Source of the DNA: Octopus sinensis | Taxonomy: Eukaryota | Direction of reading: 5' to 3' | Assembly (NCBI RefSeq): GCF_006345805.1 | Contig: NC_043006.1 | Location: forward strand, 102,548,001-102,612,000 | Length of the DNA stretch: 64,000 nucleotides | Part shown: one piece after another, positions 61,520 through 64,000 of the stretch | Layout of the letters: every line of letters starts with the position of its first letter | Numbering within the stretch: the stretch's first letter is position 1 | The notes under the pieces: generated by a model | What the model saw: the letters and a program-made list of their open reading frames with translations, nothing else | Databases searched by the model: none | What the model was told of the DNA's origin: nothing | Position numbers and translations under genes: made by a program

Positions 61520-61665
61520 CTTCTTTCTTCCCTTCTTTCTTTCTTTCTTTCTTTTTCTTTCTTTCCTTCTTTCTTTCTTTCTTTCTTTTCTTTCTTTCTT
61601 TCTTTTTTCTTCTTTCTTTCTATCTTTCTTTCCTTCTTTCCTTCTTTTCCTTCCCTTTGCTTTCT

Positions 61666-61698
<33 letters not shown>

Positions 61699-61830
61699 TT
61701 TCTTTCTTTCTTTCTTTCTTGCTTTCTTTCTTTCTTCCTTTTTCCTTCTTCCCTTCTTTCTTCCCTTCTTTCTTCCCTCTTTCTTCCATTCTTTCTTTTC
61801 TTTCGTTCTTTCTTTTCTCTACTTGTACAC
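60895..61830 (+). repeat. (CTTT/CTT)n polypyrimidine tract, about 930 bp
   Basis: Direct reading; it explains ORFs 60769..61884, 60887..62182 and 61052..61789. Confidence 0.95.
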
Positions 61831-62107
61831 CTCATTCCTTCCGGTTTCCTCATTTTCCTTCTTTCTCAGTATGCCTCAGTCTAATATGTTTGTCTCTATC
61901 TCACTCTCTCCCTCTCCCCCTTACCTTCCATATCAGTTTATCTTCCCCTCTTTTCTTGCTTTCTCTCTCTCTCTCTCTTTTTGTTTCTCTGTCAGATTAT
62001 CTCTTACTCTTTCCTTTTTCTTTATTCTGTTTACCTTCTCTTTCTCAGTTACCAAGTCTCTCCCCTGCCTCTCTCTCCCTCATCAACTCTCCGTCTTCTC
62101 TTTTCTA

Positions 62108-62480
62108 AGGCAGCTATCTGGCAGAATCGTTAGTACGCCGGGCGAAATGCTTAGCGAAATTTCGTCTGCTGATACGTTCTGAGTTCAAATTCCGCCGAGG
62201 TCGACTTTGTCTTTCATCCTTTCGGGGTCGATTAAATAAGTACCAGTTACGCACTGGGGTCGATGTAATCGACTTAATCCGCTTGTCTGTCCTTGTTTGT
62301 CTTCTCTGTGTGTAGCCCCTTGTGGGTAGTAAAGAAATAGGTATTTCGTCTGTCTTTACGTCCTGAGTTCAAATTCCGCCGAGGTCGACTTTGCCTTTCA
62401 TCCTTTCGGACTCGATAAATTAAGTACCAGTTGCATACTGGGGTTGATCAAATCGACTGGCCACACCTCCCCCAAAATTT
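62108..62480 (+). mobile_element. SINE family A dimer
   Basis: Same tail-to-internal junction at 62340 as in the 24-kb trimer. Confidence 0.85.
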
Positions 62481-64000
62481 CGGGCCCTGTGCCCAGAGCA
62501 AAAAAGAATTTACTTTTATTTTCTCTTCTTTCTTCCTCTCTCTGTCTCTGTCTCTCCATTCTATTAATATCTCGTGCAACCCACTTCCTTCATCCTTTGA
62601 ATATAACTTCCCATGGATTGAAGAAGAATTCTCCGTTAACCGTATGAAGGTGTATACCAGCGTTACAATAGCTGGTGGATCCGATCAACCCCTCAGATGG
62701 ATGGAATGTAAAGGTAATAGTTTGGTGAAGGTGCGGGATGGTTTGAAATAAACATTGGACCACACGTGCACCCACCAACACATCCACCCACAAATGTATG
62801 CAGAGAGAAATGAGGTGGAGGAGAGAGATAGAGAGATTATTATGGCAATATACAATAGCCTAGTGCAAGGGAAGTAATTGGTGACACTGGCAGTAAATAA
62901 AACAAATTTACGGCCATGAGTGTCCAGGAGATCGATCGACTTAGCTACCAGGCTCCGGATTGAATTAAGGGAATGAACGTATAATTGGCCGAATATTCCT
63001 CAGACATATGTAATCCCAACGTTATTCTCTGTTGGAATCGGTGTGACACAGCATTTGAATTATCGGTGCAATCCATCAGCCAGCCTTCTGCTCTGTTTCC
63101 ATCATCTCAGTTGCGCTCACAAAGAATTGCTCGACCCATCGCCGAAGAAAATGATACGTTTTCAAGATGCCATGAGGTGGGATCAAACCCGGGACCTTGT
63201 GTTTATGAAATTAACTTAACCTATTTCTTTATTACCCACAAGGGGCTAAACATAGAGGGGACAAACAAGGACAGACATAGGTATTAAGTCGATTACATCG
63301 ACCCCAGTGCGTAACTGGTACTTAACCATTCGGCCATAGTGCGCGTGCGCACATACACACACAAAGCTTCTATAGTTTCCACCTACCAAATTCCACACAC
63401 AAGGAATTGGTCGACCGGCTCAAGATATCGCGCAGCAAGATGGAAGCCGAGACAACGTAATTATGAAGAGAACTACTTAACCGTATGGGCGGAAAAAATC
63501 CATCGGACAGCTTCCGTACAGTTTCTGTCAACCTAGTTTATCCCAAAAGGATAAGTCGATCCAAAATTTATCGAAAATGACATTTGCTTAAGATGTCATG
63601 CTGTGGGATCGAACCCGGGATTTCTGGATTGCTGCTCCTGATAGAGACGGCTTGAACGCCTTTTGGTATGGCTCTTACCCGTTTGTGCTAATCTCAGCTT
63701 AAAACTCTCTCTTTGCTCTTCTCTTTCATTGTTCCTTGGTTTCTTATTCCCTCTTTCTTTCTTTATATTCCTCAGTTTACCTTCTTTCTCACTTGATCTG
63801 CCACTCCCTCTATTTCTTTTTGCTTTTCTCTCTTTTCCTCTCTCTAATCTTAGCCTACTCCCTTCTCATTTGACATGTCACCCTATCTCTTTCTCGGTTT
63901 TCTTTCCCTTCTTTCTCTCTCTCTCTCGATTCACACCTCACCCCCCTCTCTTGGTTCATCACTCCTTTTCTTTCTTGATTTCTCACCTTACTTCTCGTCT

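Noticed and set aside
60769-62182. Longest ORFs in the track (371, 431 and 245 aa)
   Set aside because: F/L/S or K/E/R low-complexity translations of the (CTTT)n tract; no domain

Overview
AT-rich, repeat-dense eukaryotic genomic DNA, most likely an octopod cephalopod (inferred from microsatellite density and tRNA-derived SINE families, not verified). One complete host gene can be assembled by eye on the minus strand. It has five coding exons (21018-20947, 18506-18461, 15049-14969, 13691-13537, 10813-10646; 522 bp, 173 aa), all with GT-AG introns and compatible phases. It encodes a divergent diamine/spermidine N1-acetyltransferase (SAT1/SAT2-type GNAT) that appears to have lost the acetyl-CoA-binding R/QxxGxG loop and probably the catalytic Tyr. 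A cluster of small frame-preserving exons at 37.8-39.2 kb (minus) suggests a second gene or an upstream extension of the first. Nearly everything else is transposon-derived: Helitron helicase fossils and two intact non-autonomous Helitrons; R4/Dong-type RLE LINEs beside (TAA)n tracts; RTE, Tx1/L1, CR1 and Penelope fragments (with minimal hammerhead ribozyme motifs); a full-length mariner; two decayed hAT transposases; several MITE and foldback families; at least four SINE families; and long simple repeats. No rRNA, intact tRNA, CRISPR array or viral insert is supported. All alignments were done by eye without tools.
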